Shown here: positions 23,541 through 25,988 of the stretch, in pieces
Numbering within the stretch: the stretch's first letter is position 1
How the letters are laid out: each line of letters opens with the position of its first letter
Origin: a virus
Lineage: Duplodnaviria > Caudoviricetes
Reading direction: 5' to 3' (one strand)
Virus record (IMG/VR): IMGVR_UViG_3300048848_000268
Location: 1 to 25,988 of that record
Length of the DNA: 25,988 nucleotides
Translations under genes and position numbers: made by a program
The notes under the pieces: model-generated
Databases searched by the model: none
The model's input: only the letters and a program-made list of their open reading frames with translations
Told to the model about the DNA's origin: nothing

Positions 23541-25988
23541 ATGGGCATCTTCACCAAGCTGGCTCAACTCATCTTCGCGCCTGTTGATGAGAACGGCAAC
23601 CCACGCTCCCCCTCCATGCAGGAGGCGCAAGTGTGGGGGACGGAGCTGGAGCGGCTGGTCAGCCTGTTCATCTCGTCTGGCGGTCTGGTCTACGCCAGCA
23701 AGGCGCTGCTGGATGCAGATCTTGCCCATGGTGCAAACTCCCTGGCATGGGTCATCGGCGATGCCACGGCAGCCAACAATGGCCTCTACGGCAAGGTTGG
23801 GGCTTCTGGGGCCGGCTCTTGGACGCGCCGCGGCGATCTTCCATACAGCTTCATTGTTGCCATCAACACGGGCGCTGGAACGCCTAACGCTATCCAGGTG
23901 ACCACAGGACTTCCCGTTAGTTCGTCTGCGCTAGTGACCCTCAACATCACCGCGACCAACACGGCGACGCCTGTAACGGTGTCGTTCAACGGTGGCACGG
24001 CTCTCACGATCAAGAGCAACAGTGGCAACAATGTCACGTCCGGCGGTTTGGTCGCCGGCATGGTGGTCCTTGGAACCGTTTCCGGCTCCACCTTCCGGCT
24101 GGTGAGCGACCAGAACAGTGCAGCCATTGTGGCAGCTGCCGAAGCCGCAGCTGCTGCGGCAGTAGCTGCCGCTGCAAGCATTAATATAAAGCAGGTCGCA
24201 ACTCGCACAGCCATGAAGGCGCTCGATACGGCGACCACGACGCTTGCCTTTCTGCAGGAAGGCGGACGCGAAGGTATTTTCAAGTGGACCGCCGGGGACT
24301 TCAGCGCACGCATCGCAGCGGACCCACTAGAAGGCATCTACGTCAAGGCAACCGCTATTTCGGCAGGCGCAGGCGCCTGGGCACGTCAGGTTGGCTTCGC
24401 AGTTGAAGGCGTCAAGCCTGAATGGTTCGGCGCTGTCGCGGATGGAGTGACCGATTGCCGTGCTGCTACGCAGGCTGCAGCAAATCTAGGTTACAACGTC
24501 AGACTCGGTTTCGGCACCTATGACGTGAACGGGCCGGTTCTGCTTAAAAAGACAGGGCAGAAGCTGATCGGAACAGGCATGGGGTACGGATACGGCAGCC
24601 CAGATTTTGCGTTGAAGGATTACATTCCGCAAACCCGCGTTCGGGCGTCGAGAGCGTTTACTAAACGCATTATGACCCGTCGCAAAGGTCGGCTTTCCGC
24701 GTCCGATCCGCAAGACGCGCCGATGTCAGCGATTGTAGAAATTCATGCCGACAATGCCGAGGTGTGTGAACTTCAAGTAGACCTCGCATGCGATCACACC
24801 AATGCAGCGGATTACGGACCCGATGTTGACATCGGCATCTTCTCCGGATGCCGCCCCGGCGTACGCGTCAACAATGTCGCTATTACGGGATATTTCCGCA
24901 AGGTCGGAATGTACTGGGACTTGACGCGCGATCCTATCCAGCTTCCTGAATTACTCGATCCGGACGGCGTTGCACTGCCAAAGGGTGCGTCGGGTGGAAG
25001 TTTCCGAGGCGCCGATGGATGTCGCGCGTCTGGACTTTATGTGCGCGGTGCTCGCGTGACAGAGGTTATTCTTGGTGCAGCAGATACCAATGCAAATTAT
25101 TATGACCAGCTGTTGGGCGCATCGGTTCCTAACAGACGCGGCGCCTCTGGCATGTCAGACTTCAAACAATCAGATGGGCGCCTTTATCCAGGTGGGCATC
25201 ACTCCAAAAAGCGTCTTGCGGATCCTGCCGTATCTCCATTGACGCGTAGTGCTGCAGAAGCGGAAGACGATTTCGCGCCTGCTGCACTCTATATTGACGC
25301 TTTCACTTTCAACGGTGCTGGCGGCGACGGCCTCGGAGCGGTACGCGGGTTGATCTTCGACAACGTACGATTTGCCTCGCCAGAAATCTTCAGGGTGCGG
25401 CTCGGACGGTGCGACGAAGTAATCTTCAAGACCCGCGCGTGGATCGAAAATGGTACCAATGGTGGCACGTTTTCCAACACTGCGGGAGCGATCGTTGACA
25501 CCAACGATTATGTCAACAATACCTATGGGCATATCTTTACGCACAGTTTGAAGACAGGGTTCGTGGAAGCTGATGATGTTAATGGCGGTATCTTCCAGAC
25601 TTGGGTAGCACCTCAGACAAAGTTCAAGGCATCGCAGTCCGATGGCATGGTACTTGAGAGGTACGCGGAAGGTGGTCAGTTCAACATCGCCGATGACACG
25701 GTCGCCGTAATTACACCTCCTGTCTTGGGGGGATGGATGCGCCTGTCAAAGTCTCCCGCCAATGCACCGATCTTCAACCAGTCCGCACTTTTCTTCTTCG
25801 ACGCGGGGTCATCGCTGGACATTCAGCCAGACCACATAGGCGCAAACATCACCTTGGCGACGACCGATCTTACTGACGGAACAACTAATGGAGTGGATGG
25901 GAACGCCAATATCTCAGTACAGGCTGGAGTCATTAAAGTGAAGAACCGAACAGGTGCCACAGGCCTTTGGAGATACCGCTTTCTCTAA
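23541..25988 (+). CDS. Tailspike / receptor-binding protein with probable beta-helix (pectate-lyase-like) domain (815 aa)
   Basis: GAGG SD, N-terminal attachment region, poly-Ala linker, then PEWFGAVADGVTD..AA.QAA, which marks the start of beta-helix domains. Gly/Asp/Asn-rich body. Confidence 0.8.
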   Translation: MGIFTKLAQLIFAPVDENGNPRSPSMQEAQVWGTELERLVSLFISSGGLVYASKALLDADLAHGANSLAWVIGDATAANNGLYGKVGASGAGSWTRRGDLPYSFIVAINTGAGTPNAIQVTTGLPVSSSALVTLNITATNTATPVTVSFNGGTALTIKSNSGNNVTSGGLVAGMVVLGTVSGSTFRLVSDQNSAAIVAAAEAAAAAAVAAAASINIKQVATRTAMKALDTATTTLAFLQEGGREGIFKWTAGDFSARIAADPLEGIYVKATAISAGAGAWARQVGFAVEGVKPEWFGAVADGVTDCRAATQAAANLGYNVRLGFGTYDVNGPVLLKKTGQKLIGTGMGYGYGSPDFALKDYIPQTRVRASRAFTKRIMTRRKGRLSASDPQDAPMSAIVEIHADNAEVCELQVDLACDHTNAADYGPDVDIGIFSGCRPGVRVNNVAITGYFRKVGMYWDLTRDPIQLPELLDPDGVALPKGASGGSFRGADGCRASGLYVRGARVTEVILGAADTNANYYDQLLGASVPNRRGASGMSDFKQSDGRLYPGGHHSKKRLADPAVSPLTRSAAEAEDDFAPAALYIDAFTFNGAGGDGLGAVRGLIFDNVRFASPEIFRVRLGRCDEVIFKTRAWIENGTNGGTFSNTAGAIVDTNDYVNNTYGHIFTHSLKTGFVEADDVNGGIFQTWVAPQTKFKASQSDGMVLERYAEGGQFNIADDTVAVITPPVLGGWMRLSKSPANAPIFNQSALFFFDAGSSLDIQPDHIGANITLATTDLTDGTTNGVDGNANISVQAGVIKVKNRTGATGLWRYRFL

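Larger units (their letters stand above)
1..25988. mobile_element. Temperate siphovirus prophage (partial: early-left genes through tailspike), lambdoid layout with HK97-type head, probable Rhizobiaceae host
   Basis: Gene order is repressor/cro/cII, replication, antiterminator, HNH, terminase, portal, protease, capsid, head-tail, tail tube, tape measure, tail tip, tailspike. ORFs look intact and are often coupled by ATGA/TGATG overlaps. No integrase, att site or lysis genes are in the window. Confidence 0.97.

Overview
The window is a contiguous ~26 kb part of a temperate, lambdoid-organised siphovirus prophage with an HK97-type head. The host is most likely an alphaproteobacterium of the Rhizobiaceae (inferred from a GTTC-N7-GTTC LexA box, CCTCCTCCC 'cuckoo' hairpins and CTTGAC-type promoters). 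From left to right it holds: a leftward early operon of small translationally coupled genes; an immunity region (short XRE repressor, Cro, five related 15-bp operators, CII-like gene); a rightward early operon (DNA methyltransferase, replication initiator with internal iterons, NusG paralog); a structured late leader; HNH nuclease, probable cos region, terminase, portal, ClpP-type protease and capsid; head-tail joining and tail genes with a hidden -1 frameshift chaperone ORF; tape measure, tail tip and a beta-helix tailspike. Integrase and lysis genes are not in the window. The most interesting signals are regulatory. (1) A LexA-box-controlled 75-aa gene converges on and overlaps a repressor that has no autocleavage domain, making it a candidate SOS-induced antirepressor or antisense switch. 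(2) A cuckoo-type anti-Shine-Dalgarno RNA sits in the 3' region of cro and is crossed by a coupled 59-aa ORF. (3) A tetraloop-capped RNA switch lies in the PL operon. (4) A NusG paralog occupies the Q position ahead of a ~200-nt structured leader and terminator. All functional calls come from motif recognition and synteny by eye; no database searches were run.
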